A DNA stretch of 64,000 bases, taken from positions 1-64,000 of the forward strand of contig JAADVB010000088.1 of assembly GCA_023334545.1 (NCBI GenBank). The letters are read 5' to 3'. The stretch comes from Salisapilia sapeloensis CBS 127946. Taxonomy: Eukaryota; Protista; Oomycota. The translations under genes and the position numbers were made by a program. Shown one piece after another: positions 21,736 to 32,374 of the stretch (its first letter is position 1; each line of letters starts with the position of its first letter). The notes below the pieces were generated by a model. That model was not told the origin of the DNA. It worked only from the letters and a program-made list of their open reading frames with translations, and did no database searches.

Positions 21736-23451
21736 CTACCTTCGATCGCTTGGCGGCAACGCACACGAGACACGCAAAGGCGTTCCTTTAAACTCCTTTC
21801 CGTCCATTTCTTCCACCGCTCGGTTCATATCGTCCTGACTCTTCAACGTCACGAAACCAAAGCCTCGAGCAGTGATGCGCACCGTCTCATAGCCGAGGTA
21901 CTGGAAGAGGAAACCCAGCTCATCTCTCGTCGTCCCTTGCGGCAAGTTCCCGACGTACACTTCGTACGGATGAGGGTTACTAAACCTTCCACCTCGTCCA
22001 CCTCGTGGATTCGACTGACGGAATCGATTTGGATTCGTATTTGACGGCGCATTCCCGTTTTGGTTTTGTAGATGCGATGGCACTTGGGCATGCCCCCACC
22101 AGACCGAGTGCACAATCACACTCTCAGCATTTCCATTCTCGTCTCTTGTCGGAATCGACAGCACGAGGTTCTCGCCTTCTCGAATCGGCACGCGATGACG
22201 AAATTCATCCTGAAACACTTCTTCGATAAACACGAGAAAGCCAGTCGGCACGGCCGTTAGACGCAACGTAAATGGCTCACCAAAGGTAATGGGCGACCGA
22301 GGCAGAGGCTGGGCACATCCCCATCGACCATCGATATTGGAATTCTGAACGACTTGGCGGTTCCGACGCGGATTAAAGTGGTACAAGACCGTTCCTGGAG
22401 GCGTGGCACCAGACAGTAAGGACGACTGGGTCGAAAGATTAAAGCAGCATCGGTGGGAGGAAGACGGGATGGTCGCGTGGATCACGAGCGTGTTGTTCGT
22501 GGCGAACGCAACTTCCGGGAGAACAAGGTCCAGTGGTGTCTGATTTGCTGCTGAGTCCCAATCTTCCGTTCGTAAGAAACTTTCTAGTGGTAACTGGATC
22601 GACGATCGTCCGCCTTGGATCTTAATTTCCCCAGGTCGATCACTCTTGACCGTACGAGGTCGTTTCGCAGGTGCCGGAGGTGGTGTATTGTTATTAGTAT
22701 TGTTGTTCGTAGTGGTCGAATTGACGACACTTCCACCTTTCAGGATGTCTGCCAACGGATTCGAACGTTTCGATCCCGTCGTGTTCGCCAAGGAAAACGA
22801 ATTAGTTCGACCTAGGCTAGGTTTTGATTTCTTTGCCATCAATTGCTTGGCACGTTCCATTGCAGATAACCCCGTTGTTACGTTCGTACCACTGGAGGTT
22901 CCATTTGTACTAGAAAACATAAGTAGAGGCTAATACTATTGTACAAACGCAGCGTACCTTGTGCTAGTGGACGAAGCACCTTTAGGCGTGCCTGCATTCG
23001 ACCCAGAATGTTGACGTTGGAGCAGAAAGTTCTGTACACGCTCTCGATCTGCTTGACTCTTCTGCCTTGGCGTCGTGGAGCTCGTGGTCGTACTAGCAGC
23101 GGCAGTCGAGAGCGAAGCGACCTGTGGTGTACCACCTGCCGTGGTGGATGGCACGTAGCTCCCAGCTTTAAAGGCTGTAGCTTGAGGTGGACTAGTAAAG
23201 GTAGCTTCTGTGTTCGCTGTGGTGATGCCTTCCGCCTCCTATGACGACTGTGAATAGAGATAAATGGACATGCATAAGAGAAGGAGTACTTTTGGAAAGA
23301 AGAGATCATGGAGGAGTTTTTCCTGTCTCGTGAGGTATTTCCCATCCACATGGAATAGCTTCATCTCAGACTGAAGTCTAGCGACATACCCTCCGTTCTT
23401 ATCGATGATCTCATCGTCTCCACCATGCTCCGACATGTCCACTGCCGCCAT
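21736..23451 (-). CDS. Galectin-like domain + RGG box + RRM fusion protein (3 exons, ~538 aa)
   Basis: Exons 23451-23290, 23238-22958 and 22909-21736 join in frame. Galectin motifs YHFNPR, VVQNS and GRWG, then FRHR; RGGRGGR; RRM with RNP2 VYVGNL and RNP1 RGFGFVTL. Confidence 0.8.
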
Positions 23452-23645
23452 ACTCAAAACGTTTTTCCTAGTCTCCTCTTGATCTCACATTCATATATTT
23501 TTTCATACAAAAATGCAGTGATATCAGTAAATAATTTTATGGAACGGACACTTAACACGATTAAAGCACTCCGAGTGGTTTAGCAGGCTAGACCATCGCT
23601 ATCAACGCGTCTACCTTCTCTACTACTATCTTTCGGAAGATTCTA

Positions 23646-24374
23646 ATGACGGCATCATATTTCTACTTGGCAACTACGCTTCTGATTAACTTGACGTTCT
23701 TTGATGCCTTGTCAATAGCTCAAAATAGTGACAGATGGCCGCCGAGTCTTGATTATTTCGAGCAATACTTGGACGAAGTACGCCAGGAAGCAGCTACGAA
23801 AGAACAGGAGCTTATCGACCAACTCCAGATCGCTCGTAACTCTATATTGCAATGGCCGAGCAAAGAACAGTCGACACAATTAGATCCAAAGCAAAGGTTG
23901 GAAAGCCAATTCAATAGTCTCCTGGAAACGTCCATGGAAGAGCTCGAGTATGAAAAGCAAAAACTGTACCTTGAAATGGACATTGCCGTTCGTCAGATTG
24001 AAGAATATATGACCAAAGCAAAGGAAATGAAGAAGACGCAGGAAAAGCAGGCGACGACTCGCACTCCAGGTCTATTCTACATCCTCCAGAGCCTATTCCA
24101 AGATTTTATGACCTGGACTATGAACGTCATGGCCACTGTGTGGGAGACACTCGTGATGCTACCTCTACGATGGCTATGGAACCAAATTGTATACGCCTGG
24201 TATAATATCATTGTGCCATTCCTATGGCTCAGTGGTCTCCTCGCCGTCTCCTACGCCCTTATCCAGGCAACTATTCGTGGTTTTGATATGTATAAGCAGA
24301 ATCAGCGGGAGAAGAAGGTAGTATATTCCGAACGTAGACGTATCCGTCGATCGTCTAAACCCGAGTCCAGCTAG
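23646..24374 (+). CDS. Hypothetical protein: signal peptide, coiled coil, C-terminal TM helix and basic tail
   Basis: 242-aa ORF; hydrophobic N-terminus, E/K/Q-rich heptads, TM IIVPFLWLSGLLAVSYALI. Confidence 0.7.
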   Translation: MTASYFYLATTLLINLTFFDALSIAQNSDRWPPSLDYFEQYLDEVRQEAATKEQELIDQLQIARNSILQWPSKEQSTQLDPKQRLESQFNSLLETSMEELEYEKQKLYLEMDIAVRQIEEYMTKAKEMKKTQEKQATTRTPGLFYILQSLFQDFMTWTMNVMATVWETLVMLPLRWLWNQIVYAWYNIIVPFLWLSGLLAVSYALIQATIRGFDMYKQNQREKKVVYSERRRIRRSSKPESS

Positions 24375-24409
24375 TTATGCCTAACGGTCCCCTTCGTTCT
24401 ACTCCATTT

Positions 24410-25365
24410 TTATTCTAATTGAATAAATCTCGTTGCCTGTCGATGCTCTGTCTGCAGAATGTCTTCAATATCTTCCACAGTCACGTTTTCCACTTGAAAG
24501 TGGTGATGTAATTCCTTCTCGAGTTCCTCTAAAAAGTGTCGTTTGTCCTCCAAGACCGATTGTAAAGGCTGGAGGAACTCTAGATGACTACGCTGTTCCC
24601 GATACTTGGGCTGCCGAGCTGGATTTGTCAGGTATTCCATATTCGATGGTTGGAATTGCCATAAAAACGAAGTGTGGTGCAACCATCGGTCCTTGGAGAT
24701 ACTTTGGGCGTTGCCTGCGATCTTCTTGTCATCAAAAACGTAGTCATCTTCCCTTAAACCAAACGTCTACAGGCCCAATAGCATATATAAATCGTCATGT
24801 AACTGCTTAACAAGGATATTAGGTACGTGTTGATGGCCACATAGACGGTCAAAGAGCGGAGAGAAGAAGGTGTTGGACCATGACATGATTTCACGTGGAT
24901 ACGGCTTGACATGGGGAAAGGAATCCTGCCACAAACTTGTAAAATCATTGTTATTTCATAAATTAGGATATGAAATACTTGTTTGCAGATGAAAGTCGTA
25001 AAGACCGTGTCTTGATCCACAATGACCGTGCCTCCTCCAGTAAATCGTTTCAAGACAGGAATGTTATCTCTAGAGAACTTCATCATCAGATTTTCATATC
25101 ACTTGAGACTTTATTGGCATGCTTTTGCAACTGAAAAGTCATAAAAATATCCTATACAAATATATCCATACCTTTTCACAGCGTCTGCATGGAGCAATTG
25201 GTCAGGTTTGCCACCAATACCCATGACAATAGTCGGTGGAGTACTCTCCTGATTCAGCAAGAACCAATTATGCTGCTTTTCAACTCGAAAGATCGCTTCC
25301 TCGATCCGTAATTGCTCTTGGATCGGTACGCCTCGTAGGCGTAGCAACTTTAAGCTCGGCTTCAT
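24410..25365 (-). CDS. Lipoate-protein ligase-like protein (BPL/LplA/LipB family), multi-exon
   Basis: EQLRIEEA, TIVMGIGGKP, VLKRFTGGGTV, DYVFDDKKIAGNAQSISKDRWLHHTSFL: the RxSGGG-type and KxxGNAQ/HHxS motifs of lipoate ligases. Confidence 0.85.
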
Positions 25366-25595
25366 CCTCGACGCGATTTTTAACAAGTACTTGGCATTGA
25401 AATCGAAACAAAACGTTTAAATTCTTCCATTTCTCATACCTACACCCTTTTCCAGCTTTTAAACACACATACCATACTAATTTATAGATAAAGCCAGATA
25501 TATGTATCATCTACATCATGTACAAAACAGAAAGCCTTTTTCCCAACAGAACCGCATAAAACTAAAATCGAACGGTTCGCAACGCTCGAACAAGC

Positions 25596-27821
25596 ATGGG
25601 TCGAGGCCGATCTGCCATTTGGGAATACTTTATTCACGGTGATGTCGAAACACGCTCCGGGCGTGTGCGTACGATCGCTCGGTGCAATTTTTGCGGACAT
25701 GATGTTGCTAGTCAGCCAGAACGAATGAGAAAACACTTGCAAAAGTGTGAAAGCACTCCTCTCGAAGCCAAGTCGAAGGCACAGACACTGCCACCGGCGT
25801 CGAGCACCGTCGGGCTGGCTAGTAGCCCCAACTTTCCTTCCGGGAAGCGTAAAGTGAATGGAGTCGACGGGAACGACTATCCGAAGCGCATGAAGAAGTA
25901 TGAGACGGAACCGAATAAGCTGCTCTCTCCGTCGAGGAAGAAAGATGGGATGGAGGAGGCGGTCGATACGGCGACCAATGCCTTCTTCCACGAACGAGCC
26001 GATGAAAGTTTCGTCAAGATGTGTATCTCTGGCAATCTCAGCTGGAGCACTTTGGACAACAAATTCTTCATCGAAGGTGTCGGTGCCCTACGTCCGTCCT
26101 ACTATCCTCCGTCCAGTGTCGTCGCACAGCGCAAGATTGTCCCAGAGCTCGTGCAGAAAATGGCCACGGAATCTGCCACCTTCCTGCAGCAATCGAGCAA
26201 CCTGACCCTCATCCTCCAGGCCACGACCGCAGCGTCATCGACGAATTGGATTGTAGTGGACAATACTGGAGGATCCGCAGTCGTTCGTAGCCAACAACCG
26301 ACGGATTGTCAAGAAGCCACCTCAGTCTTATTGACAGTGATGGCGGAACTGCAGACGCAGACGAGTGCTTCTATCTCTGTCTGTTGCGAATCCACGGATG
26401 TCTTCCGAAAACTCAAACAGAGCGAAAGCTTTTCCGAGATGGACGTGCCTCACATTGGTGCTTGCATGGGTACCCAGACGGCTCATATCTTTGGTGACTT
26501 ACTGAGCTGTTGTCCACAAGTCAGTCTCCTCTTGTCTTCTTGTCTTGAACTCGTTAATTTCCTAGATCACTCGAGTGACTTTCAACAGATCCTTGGAACT
26601 ACTCCCTTGAGATTCAAAAAGCCCTACTTGTCCTCCTGGCATGTCTTCATGGCCAACCTCAAGTACATGCTGTCTCTCGAGTCCGCCATTCGCAACGCAA
26701 TGGTACCGTTCGCCACGGACCCGACACTCCTGAGTCAGTCTGACTTTATCCCACCCACCATCAAGACACTACTAAACGACGACAATCTATGGGACCACTG
26801 GCGGCATCTCGATCACTTGCTACAGCCGCTGACATTCACGCATCTCCTCAGTGAATGCAACCACACATCTGCCGCTCAGTTCCTCGTGACTTGGTTCTGG
26901 CTCCACGCCACAGCTTCCAACAGTCCTCTCCTTGATGCCTCCCAAAGACAAACGTTTCGTATGAAATTCCAAGGCCGGATCCGAAAGTACGTAACGCCAC
27001 TCCAATTCTCTTCCTTCCTTGTCGATTTAAAAGTACGTAATACTGGCTTATCGGAAGTTGGGCAACGGTGTGTGAAAAAGATGTTTGCAAAAGAATGTCT
27101 ACGTATGCATGCACGAGGAGTAAAGAGTGAGAATGGACCGACGTACTTGCACGTGTTTGAAGAAGTCGATCTCTTTGATCGAAAGCAGAGTCCGTATGAA
27201 GATCAGGATGAGTTCATCCAGAATAGTGCTATCTTCTGGAAACACCTCAAGGACAGAGTCATTGCGGCCTGTGCACTGATCGCAGTGGAATACGTATGCG
27301 TGTCATCCGACTGCAATCAATACTGGCACAGTCTCCTCTCGTCCTGTGCCAGTCCTACTATTTCTAGTCACAACGTCCCGTCGCCTCCAACGACTGTCTT
27401 TGCAGATGCGTATCAGAAACTCAAGATCCATCTCACTCGTCAGACGACACCAAAACTATCCATTGCAGAAGCGAAGACAAAGTACGATGGTTTGGTCGAA
27501 GAGACGAGCGCTTTCCCGTCACTCTTAGATCCGTCGTCCAAGCCGAATGACTATCGACAGTCCGAATTGGTAGGAGAGCAAGGCCAAGTCCAAGAAACGC
27601 TGGAGACACTTATTCGAAAGAGCGTCGAGCAAGGTGGCAATGTCATCCAAACGCTATTGGAGAAAAGTCGAGACGACTGGACTGGGATGGAAGATTTGAA
27701 TGAATTCACGTTGGACTGGCTTGACAAGAGTGATGACGCCGAAGACAAGTGGCGGAAATGTGCCGCCGGATTCCTAAACTTAGGTCCGACGAACGACTTG
27801 GACGCAACCCATTGCGTCTAG
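25596..27821 (+). CDS. BED zinc-finger protein derived from a hAT-like transposase (apparently domesticated, catalytically degenerate)
   Basis: SAIWEYF...ARCNFCGH...RMRKHLQKC (zf-BED); FVKMCISGNLSWSTLDNKFF...LRPSYYPPS resembles the hAT/DUF659 N-terminal block; intact 741-aa ORF; no TIRs seen. Confidence 0.75.
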   Translation: MGRGRSAIWEYFIHGDVETRSGRVRTIARCNFCGHDVASQPERMRKHLQKCESTPLEAKSKAQTLPPASSTVGLASSPNFPSGKRKVNGVDGNDYPKRMKKYETEPNKLLSPSRKKDGMEEAVDTATNAFFHERADESFVKMCISGNLSWSTLDNKFFIEGVGALRPSYYPPSSVVAQRKIVPELVQKMATESATFLQQSSNLTLILQATTAASSTNWIVVDNTGGSAVVRSQQPTDCQEATSVLLTVMAELQTQTSASISVCCESTDVFRKLKQSESFSEMDVPHIGACMGTQTAHIFGDLLSCCPQVSLLLSSCLELVNFLDHSSDFQQILGTTPLRFKKPYLSSWHVFMANLKYMLSLESAIRNAMVPFATDPTLLSQSDFIPPTIKTLLNDDNLWDHWRHLDHLLQPLTFTHLLSECNHTSAAQFLVTWFWLHATASNSPLLDASQRQTFRMKFQGRIRKYVTPLQFSSFLVDLKVRNTGLSEVGQRCVKKMFAKECLRMHARGVKSENGPTYLHVFEEVDLFDRKQSPYEDQDEFIQNSAIFWKHLKDRVIAACALIAVEYVCVSSDCNQYWHSLLSSCASPTISSHNVPSPPTTVFADAYQKLKIHLTRQTTPKLSIAEAKTKYDGLVEETSAFPSLLDPSSKPNDYRQSELVGEQGQVQETLETLIRKSVEQGGNVIQTLLEKSRDDWTGMEDLNEFTLDWLDKSDDAEDKWRKCAAGFLNLGPTNDLDATHCV

Positions 27822-27891
27822 ACTATAACAAAGAGGTAAAAATACTAGTTGCCATTTATCACTAGTACAACACAATAAGATCTTGGATTTA

Positions 27892-29298
27892 TCACACAGC
27901 TTCAATGGATTGTTTCGCATTTACACGGCCGTAGCCAAAAAAGTTGTTCGGAAAGTCTTTCGATGACGTCGAGCCACATACTTCCTTGATGTCTCTATCG
28001 ACAAACCGGTTCGTGTGGAGCGCTAGACCGTGTGTGATTTGGTCAAACGTCAGCTTTGGGTTCTTCTCCAACATCAATGCGACAGTACCAGCGACATGGG
28101 GAGCTGCCATGCTTGTACCTGACTTGGAAGCGTAGTCCGAATCGCCTTCTGCGGACGCAGAGACGATATTCGAGCCAGGAGCAGAGACGTCCGGTTTCTG
28201 GTAACCTCGACTGGGTGATCCTCGACTGCTCGTCGAATGCAGCTTTTCGTCGTAGTTGGTGGCCCCAACGCCGATTGTGTTCGCGTAGTCACCTGGAGAT
28301 AGCGCTGTGTTACATTCCGGACCAGAATTGCCGATGGCAACGACTGGTACGATGCCAGCTCGTCTCCAAGCGTCAACATTCTTTTGAAAGAACGGGTCAT
28401 TCGGTCCAACGCCCCAACTGTTGAGCACAATGTCAGGAGCTTTGCTACAGTCTGGGTCCGATCCGTCCGGATTGGAAGGACACATGACGAACTCGGCACA
28501 CGCGTCCAAGTCGGAGGCGTAGCATCCGTCTGATCGACATCCTTTACAGGCGATCCATTGGGCCTCGGGAGCAACACCATAGCCGCTCGAGCCAACGGCA
28601 GTAGCAATTGTGTGTGTACCATGGCCGTTGTCATCGTAAGGTGACGATTTGTGTTCTTTTGGATCAAACCACCCGTGGTCAGAGCGCCAATTTGCACGCA
28701 AGACTTCATGAGTTCCACGTACTCCAGTGTCCAGTGAAGCTACAACGACTCCTTTGCCAGTGATACCTTTTGCCCAAACTTCTGGTGCTTCGATACGTTG
28801 GACACCCCATTGTGCAGAATAGGACTTCAAGTGCCTCAAGTTACCATTTTCTGTTGATAAAATGGGAAACACAGGCTCTGTGGAAATGTGCGCAATGGAT
28901 GGGATAGCTTGTAACTCTGAAAGCATCTCTTTTGCCGCACCTTGGATGTATACTCGGCCGCCGATCCATGAAGTCTTTGTACCTTTGCAAGACGGAATCT
29001 GTCGCTCGTCTAGGCTCTTAATTAAATCCAGAATCGGAGCTTGCTTTTCTAACACTCGACCTTTCAGGTGCTGAACAAGTTCATCGATTTCAAGCGCCCG
29101 AGCAATGTTATCCAATGATGTAACGATCGTCGACCCGACCGAGTCGATCAAATCCTCTTCGGATTCCACCATGTCAAGCATAAGGTCGACACTGTCTTGG
29201 GTTTCCAATCTGCGATGCACGTCGGGATGAACCACAGGTAGACCGGAGATATGGGCTACGTATGTCAACAAGAGACATGCTGTGAAGAGGAAGGTCAT
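27892..29298 (-). CDS. Secreted subtilisin-like serine protease (S8A), array copy 1
   Basis: Signal peptide from ATG 29298; LDTG, HGTHT, AIGNSG, GTSMAAPHV. Confidence 0.93.
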   Translation of the reverse strand: MTFLFTACLLLTYVAHISGLPVVHPDVHRRLETQDSVDLMLDMVESEEDLIDSVGSTIVTSLDNIARALEIDELVQHLKGRVLEKQAPILDLIKSLDERQIPSCKGTKTSWIGGRVYIQGAAKEMLSELQAIPSIAHISTEPVFPILSTENGNLRHLKSYSAQWGVQRIEAPEVWAKGITGKGVVVASLDTGVRGTHEVLRANWRSDHGWFDPKEHKSSPYDDNGHGTHTIATAVGSSGYGVAPEAQWIACKGCRSDGCYASDLDACAEFVMCPSNPDGSDPDCSKAPDIVLNSWGVGPNDPFFQKNVDAWRRAGIVPVVAIGNSGPECNTALSPGDYANTIGVGATNYDEKLHSTSSRGSPSRGYQKPDVSAPGSNIVSASAEGDSDYASKSGTSMAAPHVAGTVALMLEKNPKLTFDQITHGLALHTNRFVDRDIKEVCGSTSSKDFPNNFFGYGRVNAKQSIEAV

Positions 29299-29980
29299 GG
29301 TGAAGTCTGGTCGTGGCACTAGGACTGCGACTTGGGAAATGAACTTTTCGTCATTACTGTAGAGCCAAACAGATAACCGGTTTTGGGCATTTATACCGTA
29401 TACCGTACAACAATAGCGACAGCATGCAAAAGACAGTTAAATCAAGAAGTACAATCAACCACCATGTACGTATTACTTAGCTTGAATCTGACCTATCACG
29501 ATGGCTTTATCTGGTCCTCAAACATTTCTCGCTATGTCGCAGCTATGTGATAGGATATTTTTTTCATGCAAAAAATACTTACTTAAAGGTAATGCGACGG
29601 GTAAAAGCATAAACTAAAATTAGACTCCACCATCGAAATGTTGGAGACCAGAGTTTCCAGATATGAGATCCTCGAACGTTTTCACATTTTCTTCTGGTAA
29701 ACAGAGGGGCATGAACGTTCAAGTAAGCATCCATCTGCCTTTACAATCAAGCGTTCATGATACGATGCGGTGGCAAGTTCGTGAGCACCAAAATTAAAAG
29801 ATGAATTTCTATTCACTTGTTCAGACTTCAACATTAAGCAATTATGTTGTCGACCGTCAGTTTCAATGGAAAAGATGAGTTTCCGAAGTAAAAGAGATTT
29901 GTACTTTGTTGCGTTTGAATGTCGATGGGAACCAAAAGTGGCATGAAAGCAAAATTCAAATAGAGTAAGCCCCATCAATA

Positions 29981-31405
29981 CTATTGAAATTGCTGGAATT
30001 GCGAGCTGGTAATCGCATCATACGCGTTGATCAGACCGTACCCAGATTCGTCATTCTTCCAGCTTGGGTCGCTTGGTCTTCCACAAGTGGAACTGGAGAC
30101 CGTTATATCCTTCTTGGCGTTGTATGAAAAAATGTATTTGATCATCTTGGCATTTAGACCCGGTTGCTCGCTCATGACAAGTGCCGCAGCACCGGAAAAG
30201 TAGGGAGCAGCCATACTGGTACCAGAGCTTGTAGTATAGCTTGTATCGCTGTCACGCGACGTCGTCCGAATGCCATCTCCTGGGGCGACAAAGTCTGGTT
30301 TCGTATGGCGCTGCGCAGACGGCCCTCGCGCACTGCTTGATCTCAGAGCGTTATTTACGTCTAAAGCACCAATACCGATGCTAACGTCGTAGTCACCAGG
30401 AGACTCAACACTAGAGCAGCCTGAGCCAGAGTTTCCAGCTGCAAAAACCGGGACAATACCAGCTCGTTCCCATGCGTACACAGTACAATAGAAGAAATCA
30501 TCATACCGACCAACTCCCCAGCTATTGCTGATAATATCTGGAGCTTTAGAGCAGTCTTCATTGCCCCAGTAATCTGTCGGACACAGCATCCACTGTCCAC
30601 ATTTCTTTAGATCCGATTCAAGGCATCTACCTCCTTTGCAGCCATGGCAAGCAATCCATTCGGCTTCTGGAGCAACGCCGGTACCTTTGTCTCCAACCGC
30701 CACACCGGCAACTTTTGTGCCATGACCATGACTGTCGTAAGGGTAAGGAACGTTATCAGCAGGGTCGTACCAGCCATAGCTTTGGCGAAAATTATCACGA
30801 AGGGCTTCGTGTTGGACGTTGACACCAGTGTCGATAATACCGATGACGACGCCACTGCCTCTTGTGCCTCGATCCCAGACTTGCGGTGCTGAAATTTTCT
30901 CAATGCCCCATGGAATATCTTCATCTTGCTCCGCAACAGATACTGCCGCGTCTTCATCCAATTCGACAATGGAGTTGGCTCTAATGAAACTTTCATCAGG
31001 CACTTGACCTAGAAGAGCTTGAAGAATATCGGTCGTGGCGCCGAGAATGCGGCATTCACAACTGATTGGAATCGTTTCACTTGTTGGTCTACCCACCCCC
31101 AAAAGTATGTGGACGAGTCCGAAGACAAGTTGAAGGACCTGCTGTAGCAAGCTCTCACAATTGGGAGCTGTGTCGTGAATCATTCTCTTGATTGCCGTGA
31201 TATTCTGCTCTTTTGTCATGCTCGAAGTCAGGTGGAGATCATCAATCTTCTTAATAGGGTCGCACATTGTGACCAATAGATCGACTTCACCGTCCGCAGC
31301 CAACCGACGATGCACTTCTGGATGTACTTCTGGTTTGGCATCCGAGGTGGTCATGGCAGTAACCATTAGAGTGAGCACCACCAACACCAATAATGAGAGC
31401 TTCAT
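29981..31405 (-). CDS. Secreted subtilisin-like serine protease (S8A), array copy 2
   Basis: Signal peptide; IDTG, HGTKV, AAGNSG, GTSMAAPYF; divergent prodomain. Confidence 0.92.
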   Translation of the reverse strand: MKLSLLVLVVLTLMVTAMTTSDAKPEVHPEVHRRLAADGEVDLLVTMCDPIKKIDDLHLTSSMTKEQNITAIKRMIHDTAPNCESLLQQVLQLVFGLVHILLGVGRPTSETIPISCECRILGATTDILQALLGQVPDESFIRANSIVELDEDAAVSVAEQDEDIPWGIEKISAPQVWDRGTRGSGVVIGIIDTGVNVQHEALRDNFRQSYGWYDPADNVPYPYDSHGHGTKVAGVAVGDKGTGVAPEAEWIACHGCKGGRCLESDLKKCGQWMLCPTDYWGNEDCSKAPDIISNSWGVGRYDDFFYCTVYAWERAGIVPVFAAGNSGSGCSSVESPGDYDVSIGIGALDVNNALRSSSARGPSAQRHTKPDFVAPGDGIRTTSRDSDTSYTTSSGTSMAAPYFSGAAALVMSEQPGLNAKMIKYIFSYNAKKDITVSSSTCGRPSDPSWKNDESGYGLINAYDAITSSQFQQFQ

Positions 31406-31479
31406 TATGCTTATGGTACGAGGAAGTCAGGGATATGGAAAAGAGAGGCCTCGGTCAGGATGTAGATGGCAATAAGCCA

Positions 31480-31494
31480 AAAGTTGAGAAATGA
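31480..31494 (-). promoter_or_regulatory. Inr+FPR-like element upstream of subtilase copy 2
   Basis: TCATTTCTCAACTTT on the minus strand, ~75 nt upstream of the ATG; an identical 15-mer lies at 33891-33905. Confidence 0.6.
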
Positions 31495-32374
31495 AAGCTA
31501 AGAGGCTGCTAACGTGTGCGTTGGCAAAGAAACGATGGCCAGGAGCTACGATTATTCACCAAGGAGGCGTTGTATAGAGCAGGCGAAAGGACGGTGGTAT
31601 CTTCTACGTTGAATGAGCCATGTAATCATTTAACATATACATCATGTCGGTTTCTACGATTGTAAGCAACTTTGATGTCACGTTGCAAGGACTCTTCCGA
31701 CTTTGACCTCTATGTCCACATGACATGCTTATGCACGCCTCTCCAATAGCATGGTATACTTGACTTTAGTTCCCGGTCTATCGCATACGACAACAGAAAG
31801 GCGTCTTCGTTCGTATCAAATCATGTTCTTCTATGCATCTATATGGAGATCGTTCTTTGCTCGCGACATGTTAAGTGCAATTCGCAGAAGGATCTTTTCG
31901 ACGTTAGGTCCGAATGGGATTTGTAGCGGTAATACGTTTGACTAATGCCTTCCCTCGTGATCGCATAACATTCCCCACATGTAGAAACCTTGTGCCTTTC
32001 CAGTTAAGATCAATGTAGGAACCTGCGACGGACCATTTCAAATGCGTGGTCGTACACTGGTAGCATGAGTCTAATTGCAAACTACTAGAATATTTACCCA
32101 AACGATGATGTATTCGCCATCGTGCACCAAGTGCAAGATATAGTGACAAACTTTATTTGACAAAATGTAGAATTTTCTCAAAGCATCTTGTGGTAACCTA
32201 AAGATTTATGTTTGTGGTTCTCAAATTTCGAAGTCTCGAGGAAGTAGAAATGAAACGTTGAAGTGTATTACATGCTCACTTTGTGAACTGCCCTCGTCAG
32301 CATGCTAGACTTTTCTTTGGTAGTGGAGTGATGGCGGTTAAACACCTTTAAATGTACAAGCAAGTTGCATCGCT

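Noticed and set aside
249-23451. Apparent functional cluster of RNA-processing genes (Bin3, SmD3, NIP7, RPS16, JMJD6, galectin-RRM)
   Set aside because: They are interspersed with unrelated housekeeping genes; such density is expected in gene-rich regions and there is no evidence of co-regulation.
27843-27867. 7-bp inverted repeat TACTAGT/ACTAGTA between convergent genes
   Set aside because: Built on a palindromic hexamer and short enough to be chance.
25400-27891. Possible autonomous hAT transposon around the BED gene
   Set aside because: No terminal inverted repeats or 8-bp TSD found by eye, flanks are very short, and catalytic motifs are degenerate; treated as domesticated.
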